A DNA stretch of 64,000 nt, from positions 29,013 through 93,012 of the forward strand of contig JAXMDF010000010.1 of NCBI GenBank assembly GCA_046348975.1. Direction: 5' to 3'. The translations under genes were made by a program, and so were the position numbers. This document shows, in pieces, positions 20,039-30,628 of the stretch. The stretch's first letter is position 1. Each line of letters begins with the position of its first letter. The notes beneath the pieces are model-generated. The model was not told the origin of the DNA. It saw nothing but the letters and a program-made list of their open reading frames with translations, and made no database searches. This DNA is from Amaricoccus sp. (GTDB lineage: Bacteria; Pseudomonadota; Alphaproteobacteria; Rhodobacterales; Rhodobacteraceae).

Positions 20039-20729
20039 GGTGGCTCCTGAAAGTAATCTTCAGGCCAGACTTTCATACGTCACTGCGCTTCGTCAATATG
20101 CGGGATCGTTTCGTGATCGTTTCGCGGTAGATTTGAAAAGAACTTCTAAACGCCTACGCGACAGCGACCCCACCGACGCTGCGAGCGCTCGCGGCGGGTG
20201 CGGGAGTAAGGGCTCGAAAAAACGCACCCTTGCCGAGAAGCGCGCCTATATCCGTGATCATCGGCCGACGTGCTCTTCATCAACGGGGCGAACCAGAAGT
20301 ATTCTCCGAGCCTCGAGCTCGCCTTCAGAGATCTGGCTCTGGCCCGCGCGTCACTGCCTCGGCCGGCGACACCAGGGCCGCACAAACAGGCCTGACAAGA
20401 CTCCGCTCTCGATCACGTGCCTAAGGATCAGAAATTCCTTGAAAATGGGAGCGACATCCACAAGAGAACACTTGATGCCAGTCCCCGTTGCTCCGCCAAC
20501 CCCCGACGCAACCAATTCTCCGCCCATTCTCGTAGTTGGATTTCGTTGTTTTCGATGGTTACAGCGGCAGGGCTGTTCACTTTGCGGCTCCAGAACAGCC
20601 CCGAGACCAGTCTCTGCGCGCCCGCACTCTCCGTACCTCTTTACCCCTGGTTGGAGTGGGCCCCTTGGGGCGGACAGGATGGTTGAAGGGAATTGACCGG
20701 TGCGCCGGGCTTTTCGAAGGATGGAAGCC

Positions 20730-21080
20730 ATGGTGAAGCACCGAACTCACAGCATCGAGTTCAAGCGTCAGGTCGCCCAGGAATTCCTGGCCGGCGAGAC
20801 GCTGCACGGGCTCGCGAAGCGCCACGACCTCTCGCGCAACCTGATCCGGGTCTGGGTCGGCAAGTACGAGGCCGGCGCGTTCGACGACGACGCGCGGGCG
20901 GCCGACCTGATCCAGGAGTATGAGGCGCGGATTGCCGCCCTCGAGCGGCTGGTCGGTCGGCAGGCGCTGGAGCTCGAGTTCGTAAAGGGGGCTCTGCGGC
21001 AAGGACGCCTGCCGAGAAGCGAGCCCATGTCCGTGATCACCGGCCCGACGGGGTCTCCGTCGCCGCGGGATGCCGCCTGA
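20730..21080 (+). CDS. IS3 transposase OrfA
   Basis: HRTHSIEFKRQVAQE...LAKRHDLSRNLIRVWV HTH plus leucine zipper. Confidence 0.9.
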   Translation: MVKHRTHSIEFKRQVAQEFLAGETLHGLAKRHDLSRNLIRVWVGKYEAGAFDDDARAADLIQEYEARIAALERLVGRQALELEFVKGALRQGRLPRSEPMSVITGPTGSPSPRDAA

Positions 21081-21873
21081 TGGAGATCGCGCGGTCGAGC
21101 TTCTACGCGGATCCTTCGCCCGGCGCCGACGATACGGCCCTGGTCGAGGCGATGCACGTCATCAAGGACGACTTCGAGGCCTATGGCTGGCGGCGCATGC
21201 AGGCGGCGCTTCGTCCGGCCGGATGGGCGGTAAACCACAAGAAGGTCAAGCGGTTGATGCGCGAACACGGGCTGAACCCGATGCAGCGCCGGCGCTTCGT
21301 CGCCACGACCGACAGCGATCACGACCAGCCGATCTTCCCGGATCGGACACGCGGGCTCCCGCCTTTCTCCGATCCGAACCGGCTCTGGGTGGCCGATCTC
21401 ACCTACGTCGCGATCGCCTCGGGCTTCGTCTACGTCGCGCTGATCATGGACGCCTGGTCGCGCCGCATCGTCGGCTACGCCATCGGCCGCAGGATCGACG
21501 CCCGGCTGACCCTCGCGGCTCTGGAGGCTGCGATCGGGACGCGGTCGCCGACCGCGGGCTGCCTCCACCATTCGGATCGCGGGTCGCGGTACGCGGCGCT
21601 CGCCTACCGCGACCGGCTCGCAGCAGCCGGCCTCGAAGGCTCCATGTCGCGCCGTGGCAATCCGTACGACAACGCGATGGCCGAGAGCCTGATGAAGACC
21701 CTCAAGGTCGAGGGCGTCTACCCGATGGATTTCGAGACCTTCGACGACGTCGCGGAGCAAGCCCCGCTTCATCGAAAAGTACAACAACCGGCGCCTGCAC
21801 TCGGCGCTCGGATACCGCAGCCCCGCCCAGTTCGAGGAGGAGAACGCCGGCACCGGTCAAAACCGCAGCCTGA
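21080..21873 (+). pseudogene. IS3 transposase OrfB (DDE), frameshifted near the 3' end
   Basis: WVADLTY, HHSDRGSRY, DNAMAES; the conserved tail YNNRRLHSALGYRSPAQFE is out of frame after ~21760. Confidence 0.8.
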
Positions 21874-21922
21874 AATCCGTCCGCCCCCAGGGGTCCACTC
21901 CAGGTAAAGGTGAAGAGGTTCA

Positions 21923-22060
21923 TGGAGTGGGTCCTCGGGACGGACAGATGTCAGGCTGCGGTTTTGACCGGGTGCCGGAGCGGGGGGGGGCCTCCTCGAA
22001 CTGGGCGGGACTGCGGTATCCGAGCGCCGAGTGCAGCCGCCGGTCGTTGTACTTCTCGAT
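21923..22060 (-). mobile_element. Truncated right end of a related IS3 in inverted orientation
   Basis: Starts with the TGGAGTGGG IR; the minus strand encodes IEKYNDRRLHSALGYRSPAQFEE. Confidence 0.85.
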
Positions 22061-22064
22061 TAGC

Positions 22065-22290
22065 CTACACAACAGTGGGTTGGCGAGGGCGAGGGGATGG
22101 ATTCTTCTGGGGGGCTCTTCCTCGCCAAAGGAGCGTCCACGCTGGGCAACGACCGGCGGGACACGCTGAGCTAGCTGACGCTGGGGCTGGTGAGTGCGCA
22201 GACGACGAACCTGAGCGTGCTGGCGGTGGCGCGCCTCGCCGGCAAGCACGGCGTCGACCTGCCGGCGCTACCAGCGGTTCTTCCAGTTCG
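22065..22290 (+). pseudogene. IS4-family transposase 5' fragment
   Basis: Reads RDTLS*LTLGLVSAQTTNLSVLA and, after a frameshift, ASTCRRYQRFFQF, like the N-terminal TVNL...S.YRR.QRFF of IS4 transposases. Confidence 0.55.
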
Positions 22291-22715
22291 CCGAGCCCGG
22301 CGAGGAATGGGCGGCGGCGAAGGCGGCCTCGACCTCGGCGCGGAGCGTCGACTGGCCTTGACCGCGAGCAGCCAGTCGGCACCCTTCCCGGTGATCGCCG
22401 CGGCGATGCGGGCATTGGCGGCGACGGCGTCGATCGAGACGAGGGCGCCCTTCAGCCCGTCCTCGGCGCCGAGCCGGTCGAGCAGCAGCGGGATGGCGGC
22501 GAGCTCGCTTCCCTTGTCGGGCGCCGCCTCCTGCGCCAGGATCAGGCGGGCAGTGGTGGCGAAGGCGGAGACGAGGTGCAGCGGCGCGGTCTCGCCTTCG
22601 CCGTCCCAGCGTCCGTGATCGCCGCTCCGGCGCGAGGTCTTGCCGTCGATGGCGACGAGGGCGGCCTTCCCAGGCCAGCTCTCGCGCACCCAGGCGGCGA
22701 AGGCGGCGGGAAAGA
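22290..22715 (-). pseudogene. ISAs1-family transposase internal fragment
   Basis: VAIDGKTSRRS, LHLVSAFAT, KGSELAAIPLLL, GALVSIDA, GADWLLAVK. Confidence 0.85.
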
Positions 22716-22768
22716 GCCCGGACAAGCCCCGGACGGGATGCCCGGTCCGGACTCTGGACCCGGCGCCG

Positions 22769-23545
22769 TCACATCTGCCGCTCGACCATCAGCTTCTTGA
22801 TCTCCGCGATCGCCTTCGCCGGGTTCAGGTGCTTCGGGCAGGTCTGGGCGCAGTTCATGATCGTGTGGCAGCGGTAAAGCTTGAACGGATCGTCAAGGTC
22901 GTCGAGCCGCTCCCCCGTCGCCTCGTCGCGCGAGTCGATGATCCAGCGGTACGCATGCAGCAGCGCCGCCGGCCCCAGGTACCGGTCGCCGTTCCACCAG
23001 TAGCTCGGGCACGAGGTCGAGCAGCAGGCGCACATCACGCACTCGTAGAGCCCGTCGAGCTTCTTGCGGTCCTCGACCGACTGCTTCCACTCGCGCTCGG
23101 GCTCCGGCGTCTCGGTCTCCAGCCACGGCTTGATCGAGGCGTGCTGGGCGTAGAACATCGTCAGGTCCGGCACCAGGTCCTTGATCACCGGCATGTGCGG
23201 CAGCGGGTAGATCTTCACGTCGCCCAGGATCTCGTCCATGCCGAAGATGCAGGCGAGCCGGTTCGTCCCGTCGATGTTCATCGCGCACGACCCGCAGATC
23301 CCCTCGCGGCACGACCGGCGGAAGGTCAGCGTCGGGTCGATCTCGTTCTTGATCTTCAGGAGCGCGTCCAGGACCATCGGCCCGCAGTCGTCCAGATCGA
23401 TGTAGTAGGTGTCGACCTGGGGGTTCCGCCCGGTGTCCGGGTCGTAGCGATAGATCCGGAACGCCCGCACGTTCTTGCCCTCGGGCCGTGGCCAGGTCTT
23501 GCCGGTCACCATCCGGCTGTTCTGCGGCAGCGTGAACTCGGCCAT
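22769..23545 (-). CDS. sdhB: Succinate dehydrogenase iron-sulfur subunit
   Basis: [37 protein letters not shown]. Confidence 0.98.
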   Translation of the reverse strand: MAEFTLPQNSRMVTGKTWPRPEGKNVRAFRIYRYDPDTGRNPQVDTYYIDLDDCGPMVLDALLKIKNEIDPTLTFRRSCREGICGSCAMNIDGTNRLACIFGMDEILGDVKIYPLPHMPVIKDLVPDLTMFYAQHASIKPWLETETPEPEREWKQSVEDRKKLDGLYECVMCACCSTSCPSYWWNGDRYLGPAALLHAYRWIIDSRDEATGERLDDLDDPFKLYRCHTIMNCAQTCPKHLNPAKAIAEIKKLMVERQM

Positions 23546-23555
23546 CGTAACCTCC

Positions 23556-25364
23556 TCAGTAGACCCGGGCCTTGGGCGCGATCTTCTTCAGGTCGATCCC
23601 GCCCTTTTCCTGCGGCGTCAGCGGGTCGACGTGCACCGGCCGGTAGCGCAGGGTCACGCTGTCGTCCGGGTTGACCCAGGCGAGCGTGTGCTTGCGCCAG
23701 GTCTCGTCGTCGCGGTTCGGCCAGTCCTCCGAGGCATGCGCGCCCCGGCTCTCCTTGCGCGCCACCGCCGAGAAGATCGTCGCCAGCGCGTTCGGCATCA
23801 GGTTGGTGAGCTCGAGCGTCTCCATCAGGTCCGAGTTCCAGATCATCGACCGGTCGGTGACCTTGAGGTCCGCCATCTTGGCCGCGACCTTCTCCATCCT
23901 CTCGCAGCCCTCGGCGAGCACCTTGTCGGTGCGGAAGACCGCCGCGTCCTCCTGCATGGTCTTCTGCATCTCGAGCCGCAGCGCCGCCGTCGGCACCGAC
24001 CCGTCCGCGTGGCGCAGCCTGTCGAACCGCTCCACCGCCTTCTCCACCGACGCCGGGTTCAGCGGCCGGTTCGCCGTCCCCCGCTCCACCACCTCGCCGG
24101 CGCGGATCGCCGCCGCCCGCCCGAAGACGACGAGGTCGATCAGGCTGTTCGACCCGAGCCGGTTCGCCCCGTGCACGCTGGCGCAGCCGGCCTCGCCCAC
24201 CGCCATCAGCCCAGGCTGGATCCGGTCGGGGTTATGCTCGGTCGGGTTCAACGCCTCGCCCCAGTAGTTCGTCGGGATGCCGCCCATGTTGTAGTGGACC
24301 GTCGGCAGCACCGGGATCGGCGCCTTGGTCACGTCGACGCCGGCAAAGATCTTCGCCGACTCCGAAATCCCCGGCAACCGCTCGGCCAGCGCGGCGGGCG
24401 GCAGATGGTTGAGGTTCAGGTGGATATGGTCCTTGAGCGGCCCGACCCCGCGCCCCTCGCGGATCTCCAGCGTCATGCAGCGCGAGACCACGTCGCGCGA
24501 CGCCAGATCCTTGTAGGTCGGCGCATAGCGCTCCATGAAGCGCTCGCCCTCGGAGTTGGTCAGATACCCCCCCTCGCCGCGCGCCCCCTCGGTGATCAGG
24601 CAGCCGGCGCCATAGATGCCGGTCGGGTGGAACTGCACGAACTCCATGTCCTGCAGCGGCAGCCCCTGCCGCGCCACCATGCCGGCGCCGTCGCCGGTGC
24701 AGGTATGCGCCGAGGTCGCCGAGAAGTACGCCCGCCCGTAGCCGCCGGTCGCGAGCACGGTCATCTTGGCGTTGAAGCGGTGCAGCTTGCCGTCGTCGAG
24801 GCTCCAGGCCAGCACGCCCTGGCAGATGCCGTCCTCGGTCATCAGGAGGTCGGTGGCGAAATACTCGATGAAGAAGACCGCGTTGTGCTTCAGCGACTGG
24901 CCGTACAGCGTGTGCAGGATCGCGTGCCCGGTCCGGTCGGCCGCGGCGCAGGTCCGCTGCACCGGCGGCCCCTCGCCGAACTCGGTGGTATGGCCGCCGA
25001 AGGGCCGCTGGTAGATCCGCCCGTCCTCGGTCCGCGAGAACGGCACGCCGTAGTGCTCGAGCTCGTAGACCGCCTTCGGCGCCTCGCGCGCGAGATACTC
25101 CATCGCGTCGGTGTCGCCGAGCCAGTCCGACCCCTTGACCGTGTCGTAGAGGTGCCACTGCCAGTTGTCGGGCCCCATGTTGCCGAGCGAGGCGGCGATC
25201 CCGCCCTGCGCCGCCACGGTGTGCGAGCGGGTCGGGAAGACCTTGGTGATGCAGGCGGTGCGGAGCCCCTGCTCGGCCATGCCGAGGGTCGCGCGCAGCC
25301 CGGACCCGCCGGCCCCGACGACGACGACATCGAAGGTGTGATCGGTGAACTCGTAGGCGGCCAT
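23556..25364 (-). CDS. sdhA: Succinate dehydrogenase flavoprotein subunit
   Basis: [34 protein letters not shown]. Confidence 0.98.
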   Translation of the reverse strand: MAAYEFTDHTFDVVVVGAGGSGLRATLGMAEQGLRTACITKVFPTRSHTVAAQGGIAASLGNMGPDNWQWHLYDTVKGSDWLGDTDAMEYLAREAPKAVYELEHYGVPFSRTEDGRIYQRPFGGHTTEFGEGPPVQRTCAAADRTGHAILHTLYGQSLKHNAVFFIEYFATDLLMTEDGICQGVLAWSLDDGKLHRFNAKMTVLATGGYGRAYFSATSAHTCTGDGAGMVARQGLPLQDMEFVQFHPTGIYGAGCLITEGARGEGGYLTNSEGERFMERYAPTYKDLASRDVVSRCMTLEIREGRGVGPLKDHIHLNLNHLPPAALAERLPGISESAKIFAGVDVTKAPIPVLPTVHYNMGGIPTNYWGEALNPTEHNPDRIQPGLMAVGEAGCASVHGANRLGSNSLIDLVVFGRAAAIRAGEVVERGTANRPLNPASVEKAVERFDRLRHADGSVPTAALRLEMQKTMQEDAAVFRTDKVLAEGCERMEKVAAKMADLKVTDRSMIWNSDLMETLELTNLMPNALATIFSAVARKESRGAHASEDWPNRDDETWRKHTLAWVNPDDSVTLRYRPVHVDPLTPQEKGGIDLKKIAPKARVY

Positions 25365-25375
25365 GCGGATCTCCG

Positions 25376-25753
25376 TCAGCCGAAGGCGATCTTGGCGACC
25401 GCGAAGATGCCGGTGAAGGCGAAGGCGGCGCAGAGGAGCGCGTTGGCGAGCAGCATCGCGACCCTGACCGGCTTGTCGTGGACGTAGTCCTCGATCACCA
25501 CCTGGATACCTTGCTGCAGGTGCAGGAAGCCGACCCCGAGGAAGAGGATCGCGACGACCGCGTTGAACGGATGCCCGTAGACCTCGATGACCCGCTCCCA
25601 CGGGCCCCCGAGCGCCTGGGCGAACGGGAAGACGAAGCAGACCCCGAGCGGCGCCAGCGCCACCGAGGTCAGCCGCTGGCTCCACCAGTGCCCGGTCCCG
25701 TGCCCGGCGGTCCCGAGCCCCTGCACGCGCTGCCTGTCAGTCTGAAACTGCAT
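25376..25753 (-). CDS. sdhD: Succinate dehydrogenase hydrophobic anchor
   Basis: [27 protein letters not shown]. Confidence 0.95.
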   Translation of the reverse strand: MQFQTDRQRVQGLGTAGHGTGHWWSQRLTSVALAPLGVCFVFPFAQALGGPWERVIEVYGHPFNAVVAILFLGVGFLHLQQGIQVVIEDYVHDKPVRVAMLLANALLCAAFAFTGIFAVAKIAFG

Positions 25754-25768
25754 CGGTGGCGCCTCCCC

Positions 25769-26155
25769 TCAGATCGCGACGATCAGCGTGATCACGGTCA
25801 TGATCGCGGCCGCCGCCATCACCGCGTAGCCGGCGTTGCGCAGGCCGCCGATCTCGAGCGCGGTGCCGGTGTCCCAGACCAGGTGCCGGATGCCGTTGAA
25901 GAAGTGGTACCAGAAGGCCCCGAGCGACACGAGCATGACCAGCGTCCCGATCCACGAGGTCAGGAGCCCGTCGACCATGCCGAAGTACCCGGGGCTCGAG
26001 GCGGCCGCCAGGAACCACCAGACGATCAGCACCCCCGACAACCCCAGCCCGATGCCGGTGAAGCGGTGGAAGATCGACATCCGCGCCGTCAGCGGCAGCC
26101 GGTAGATCTGCAGGTGTGGCGAGAGCGGTCGGTTGCCACGGTTGACGTCAGCCAT
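25769..26155 (-). CDS. sdhC: Succinate dehydrogenase cytochrome b556 subunit
   Basis: RPLSPHLQIY, SIFHRFTG, HFFNGIRHLVWD. Confidence 0.96.
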   Translation of the reverse strand: MADVNRGNRPLSPHLQIYRLPLTARMSIFHRFTGIGLGLSGVLIVWWFLAAASSPGYFGMVDGLLTSWIGTLVMLVSLGAFWYHFFNGIRHLVWDTGTALEIGGLRNAGYAVMAAAAIMTVITLIVAI

Positions 26156-26290
26156 TCCCACCTCCGCGTTCGACCCGTTTCGTTAATGACACCGCTTGCC
26201 CGGCGATTGCAAGGCTCGCCCGCGCGCGCCGTCGGCGCGCCCCGGAAAGATTACGCCCCGGTTAAAGCCGCCGAGCAAAATCGTTCACTT

Positions 26291-27352
26291 TCAGTAGGTT
26301 GCATTTTCACCGATACCCCCCGCAGGCATCAGCACCCAGTAGTCGAGATCGAGCAGCACCTCGGGCAGGTACTTCCCCGCACCGTCGCGCAGCGCGAACG
26401 CCGGAGCGCCCGCCTTCGTCGCCACCGTCCTGAGCCGCAGCGCCCCGACGCCGGGAACGGCGGTCTCGGCCTTGTCGAGCACTTCCGACCAGGCGCCGAC
26501 CGTGTCGCCGGCGAAGCACGGACTGGCATGGCTCCCGCCGTTGATCGCCGCGACGAGCTGCGCGTTGGCGAGCCCGTTGAACGAGAGCGCCCGGGCGATG
26601 CTGATGACGTGCCCGCCGTAGATCAGCCGCCGGCCGTCGTCGCGCCGGGTGACGTCGAAGTGGAGCTTGGCGGTGTTCTGCCACAGCCGCGTCGCCAGCA
26701 TGTGCTCGGCTTCCTCGATCGTCGTCCGGTCGACATGGTCGATCCGCTCGCCGACCGCATAGTCCTCCCAGCGCCAAGGCTCTCCCGCCAGCGCGAAGTC
26801 GTAGCGCGCGAAGTCGAGCCCCGCCGGCACCGCCAGGTCTGACGCCGCCACCGCCGCCGGCATCTCCGGCACTACCGGCTCCGGCGCCGGCGCGCCCGCG
26901 TCGCGCTTGTGCACCATCACCCAGCGGCAGTATTCGAGTACCGCCTCGCGCCGCTGGTTCCACCCGGTCGAGCGTACCCAGACGACCCCGCTCCGCCCGT
27001 TCGAGGTCTCGCGCAGCCCGATGACCTCGCTCGTCGCCGTCAGCGTGTCGCCCGGAAACACCGGCTTCAGGAACCGCCCGTTGGCATACCCTAGGTTCGC
27101 GACGGCGTTCAGGCTGATGTCCGGGACGGTCTTGCCGAAGACGACATGAAACACCGCGATATCGTCGATCGGACTCCCGATCAGCCCCGAGACGCGCGCG
27201 AAGGCATCCGACGACCCGAGCGCGAACCGGGTCGGGTAGAGCGCGCAGTAGAGCGCCCGGTCCCCGTCTGTAACGGTCCGCGGCACCGCATGCTCGAACG
27301 CCTGCCCGACCCGGAAGTCCTCGAAGAAGTTGCCCGCCGAGGTCTTGGTCAT
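26291..27352 (-). CDS. mch: MaoC double hot-dog dehydratase, probable mesaconyl-CoA hydratase
   Basis: GNFFEDF, FGKTVPDISLNAVANLGY, WQNTAKLHF; position next to sdhC as in Rhodobacterales. Confidence 0.85.
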   Translation of the reverse strand: MTKTSAGNFFEDFRVGQAFEHAVPRTVTDGDRALYCALYPTRFALGSSDAFARVSGLIGSPIDDIAVFHVVFGKTVPDISLNAVANLGYANGRFLKPVFPGDTLTATSEVIGLRETSNGRSGVVWVRSTGWNQRREAVLEYCRWVMVHKRDAGAPAPEPVVPEMPAAVAASDLAVPAGLDFARYDFALAGEPWRWEDYAVGERIDHVDRTTIEEAEHMLATRLWQNTAKLHFDVTRRDDGRRLIYGGHVISIARALSFNGLANAQLVAAINGGSHASPCFAGDTVGAWSEVLDKAETAVPGVGALRLRTVATKAGAPAFALRDGAGKYLPEVLLDLDYWVLMPAGGIGENATY

Positions 27353-27912
27353 CCCGGGAACGGCGGGTAGCCGAGCCAGGTGTGGATGCCGACGATCACC
27401 GCGAAGACCACGGCCGAGATCACCACCCACCGGATGTCCCCGGCGACGGTGCCACCGGTCGGGCGCACCCAGGCAGGGCCGCGGGCGTCGATCGTCACGA
27501 TGTCGAGGACGGCCCAGAGCCCGAGCCAGCCGAACATGACGAGCGACGCCGCGTCGCCGTTGACCAGCAGGTGCGCGACGGCCCAGACCACGACCGCGGT
27601 CAGCATCGGGTTCCTGAGCCAGCCCTTCGCGCGGCTCTTCGAGTGCCCGAGGCCGAGCAGGAGCACGGCGATCACCATCAGCAGGTTGTTCAGGTGGATC
27701 GCCCACGGCGCCGGGTCGTAGACCGGCACGAAGGGCGCCCGGCGGAAGCCGACGATGATCAGGACGAGCCCGAGGAGGATCACCGCCGCCATGACCCCGC
27801 GTGCCGGCCCGGCGCCCAGCGACCGGTCGAGCGCCCCGCGCGGCCCCGGAGCCACCGCCTTTGCCGAATGCGCCAGGGTCCAGAGGATCAGCCCCAGGAT
27901 CAGCAGCGTCAC
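27349..27912 (-). CDS. NnrU family membrane protein
   Basis: LWTLAHS, RNPMLTAVVVWAVAHLLVNGD. Confidence 0.85.
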   Translation of the reverse strand: MTLLILGLILWTLAHSAKAVAPGPRGALDRSLGAGPARGVMAAVILLGLVLIIVGFRRAPFVPVYDPAPWAIHLNNLLMVIAVLLLGLGHSKSRAKGWLRNPMLTAVVVWAVAHLLVNGDAASLVMFGWLGLWAVLDIVTIDARGPAWVRPTGGTVAGDIRWVVISAVVFAVIVGIHTWLGYPPFPG

Positions 27913-28790
27913 GATGCGCCCTCCAGTGCCGCGATCGCCTCGGCGCGCGCCAGGAGCTGCCGCGCCGTCACCACGTGCAGGTTCTCGACGATCCGCCCGT
28001 CCACGACCGCGACGCCCTCGCCCTTCGCCTGCGCGTCCTCGAAGGCCGCGACCTGCTTCTCGGCCAGCGCAACGTCGGCGGCCGACGGGGCGAAGACCTC
28101 GTTGGCGACCGCGAGCTGATCGGGATGGATCAGGGTCTTGCCGTCGAAGCCCATCGCCCGGCCCTGCTCGCAGACGGCCCGGAGGCCCTCGGTGTCCTGG
28201 AAGGCGTTGTAGACCCCATCGACGCAGACGAGCCCTTCAGAACGTGCCGCCAGCAGGCAGATCCCGAGGCTCGCCAGGAGCGGCGTGCGGTCCGGCACGT
28301 GCTCGGCCCGCAGGTCCTTGACGAGGTCGTTGGTCCCGAGCACAAACCCCGCGAGGCGGGGATGCCCGGCCGCAATTGCCGCCGCGTTCAGCACGCCCCG
28401 CGGCGTCTCCATCATCGCCCAGAGCCGGCACGACTCGGGCGCGCCGTGCGCCTCGAGCAGGGCCGCCGCCCGCGCGAGGTCGCCCGGGCCTTCGACCTTC
28501 GGCAGCAGGATCGCGTCCGGGCCCGCCGCGCAGGCGACCGCGACGTCCGCTTCGCCCCACTCGGTGTCGAGGCCGTTGACGCGGACGAGCAGCACGCGCC
28601 CGCCGTAGCCGCCGGCCCGGACCGCCTCGGCGACGAGCTCCCGCGCCCGCGGCTTCTCGGCCGGCGCCACCGCGTCCTCGAGGTCGAGGATCAGCGCGTC
28701 CGCCGGCAGCGACCGCGCCTTCTCGAGCGCGCGCGGCCGCGAGCCAGGCATGTAGAGGACCGAGCGATAGGGGTGGGTATCCGTCGGCAT
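27909..28790 (-). CDS. CitE/HpcH-family CoA ester lyase, probable (3S)-malyl-CoA thioesterase Mcl2
   Basis: RSVLYMPG, DLEDAVAP, ETPRG, GTNDL, GFDGKTLIHP; synteny with mch-sdh. Confidence 0.85.
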   Translation of the reverse strand: MPTDTHPYRSVLYMPGSRPRALEKARSLPADALILDLEDAVAPAEKPRARELVAEAVRAGGYGGRVLLVRVNGLDTEWGEADVAVACAAGPDAILLPKVEGPGDLARAAALLEAHGAPESCRLWAMMETPRGVLNAAAIAAGHPRLAGFVLGTNDLVKDLRAEHVPDRTPLLASLGICLLAARSEGLVCVDGVYNAFQDTEGLRAVCEQGRAMGFDGKTLIHPDQLAVANEVFAPSAADVALAEKQVAAFEDAQAKGEGVAVVDGRIVENLHVVTARQLLARAEAIAALEGAS

Positions 28791-29034
28791 CGGCACCGGG
28801 CCATCTTTGCTGCGCCGCAACAGTCACTGGCGCATGCCCGGCTGAAACGCAAGAAGATTTCGTGGCGCTCACGCCGTTGCGCGCCGTGCGCAACCAGAGC
28901 GCGCATCGTTAACATTGCTTTCGCCAATTGGGATCAGAGTTAACGCATCGTTCGGATTTCGGCCGCCCGGCCGGCCCGGAAATCTTCTGCGACCCGGTCC
29001 CGCCCCGGCGTCGCCCCGTCACAAGGAACCGACC

Positions 29035-29355
29035 ATGCCCAAGCTCACGCTCCTCGTCCGCGTCGCAGTGGCGCTGGCGCTCCTCGCCGGCACACCGAGC
29101 GCGCAGGCGGGCGACAGCCAGGCCTGCGCCGACCGCGGCCAGGTGGTGAAGAAGCTCGCCGAGAAGTTCGGCGAGACGCTGAAGAGCGTCGGGCTGCACG
29201 CCGACGACGCGGTCATCGAGGTCTACAGTTCCGAGAGCACGGGGACCTGGACCATCCTCGTGACGCACACCGACGGCATGTCGTGCCTGCTTGCCGCCGG
29301 CCAGGGCTGGCAGCAGGACGTGAAACCAATCGACGCCCCCGGCAGCGACGCCTGA
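29035..29355 (+). CDS. Small secreted hypothetical protein
   Basis: AAGGA RBS, signal peptide, two Cys (CADR...SCLLAAG). Confidence 0.75.
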   Translation: MPKLTLLVRVAVALALLAGTPSAQAGDSQACADRGQVVKKLAEKFGETLKSVGLHADDAVIEVYSSESTGTWTILVTHTDGMSCLLAAGQGWQQDVKPIDAPGSDA

Positions 29356-29440
29356 TCGAGGCCTCTCCGGGGGGCTGGCCCGGTCCGAAGCCGGCCGCAC
29401 CCCGCTTGTCTGCCGCAGGCCGGCGGTCTATGCCGGCGGC

Positions 29441-30475
29441 ATGCAGACGCTGACGATCCGCCGCCCCGACGACTGGCACCTGCACCTGCGCGACGGCGCG
29501 ATGCTGCAAGGCGTCCTGCCCGAGTCGCGGCACTTCGCGCGCGCGATCGTGATGCCGAACCTGGTTCCGCCGGTCGCGACGGCGCGCGACGCCGCCGCCT
29601 ACCGCGACCGCATCCTGGCGGCGCTGCCCGCGGGGCAGGATTTCACCCCCCTGATGACGCTCTACCTGACCGAGCGCACCGATCCGGACGACGTGGCGGC
29701 GGCCGCGGCGGACGGGCTCGTCACCGCGGTCAAGCTCTATCCGGCGGGGGCGACCACCAACTCGGCGCACGGCGTGCATTCGATGCGGGCGGTGATGCCG
29801 GTGCTGGAGCGGATGGCCGCGATCGGGCTGCCGCTCTGCATCCACGGCGAGGTCACCGACGCCGAGGTCGACGTCTTCGACCGCGAGGCCTCGTTCATCG
29901 AGCGCATCCTGGCGCCGCTGCGCGGGACGCTGCCGGACCTGCGCATCGTGCTCGAGCACGTGACGACGGCCGAGGGGGTGCACTTCGTCAAGGACAGCCG
30001 CAACGTCGGCGCGACGCTGACGGTGCACCACCTGATCCTCAACCGGAACCACCTGTTCGTCGGCGGCGTGCGGCCGCACTACTACTGCCTGCCGATCCTC
30101 AAGCGCGAGAAGCACCGGCTGGCGCTGCTGGCGGCGGCGACCGGCGGCGATGCGCGCTTCTTCCTCGGCACCGACAGCGCGCCGCACGCGCGGCACGCCA
30201 AGGAGGCGGCCTGCGGCTGCGCCGGGGTGTTCACGGCACCGGTGGCGCTCGCCTGCCTGGCGCAGGTCTTCGAGGAGGAAGGGGCGCTCGACCGGCTGGA
30301 GGGGTTCGCGAGCCTGCACGGGCCGGCGTTCTACCGGCTGCCGCCCAACGAGGGCACGATCACGCTCGAGCGCTCGGCCGGACCGGTCGCGGTGCCGGAG
30401 ACGGTCGAGACCGGGGCGGGGCCGGTCGTGGTGTTCGATCCCGGGTTTCCGCTGCACTGGCGGGTCGCGGGTTGA
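29441..30475 (+). CDS. pyrC: Dihydroorotase (homodimeric type)
   Basis: [36 protein letters not shown]. Confidence 0.97.
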   Translation: MQTLTIRRPDDWHLHLRDGAMLQGVLPESRHFARAIVMPNLVPPVATARDAAAYRDRILAALPAGQDFTPLMTLYLTERTDPDDVAAAAADGLVTAVKLYPAGATTNSAHGVHSMRAVMPVLERMAAIGLPLCIHGEVTDAEVDVFDREASFIERILAPLRGTLPDLRIVLEHVTTAEGVHFVKDSRNVGATLTVHHLILNRNHLFVGGVRPHYYCLPILKREKHRLALLAAATGGDARFFLGTDSAPHARHAKEAACGCAGVFTAPVALACLAQVFEEEGALDRLEGFASLHGPAFYRLPPNEGTITLERSAGPVAVPETVETGAGPVVVFDPGFPLHWRVAG

Positions 30476-30628
30476 GACGGAGGCGCGCGGGGTTGTCCGG
30501 GCCCGGGCAAACCGGCAAGTTGTTGATATGAAACGACTTCAGGCCCGGACATTTACCGGATTTCAACGATTGCCCGAGCCCCGGGGAGCCGCCTTCCGGT
30601 CCCCGGAAGAGGCCTGAGAGGAGAGGGA

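Larger units (their letters stand above)
20652..21902 (+). mobile_element. IS3 family insertion sequence, complete ends
   Basis: Terminal IRs TGGAGTGGGCCCCTTGGGGCGGAC / GTCCGCCCCCAGGGGTCCACTCCA (TG...CA) and a 3-bp target duplication GGT (20649-20651, 21903-21905). Confidence 0.93.
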
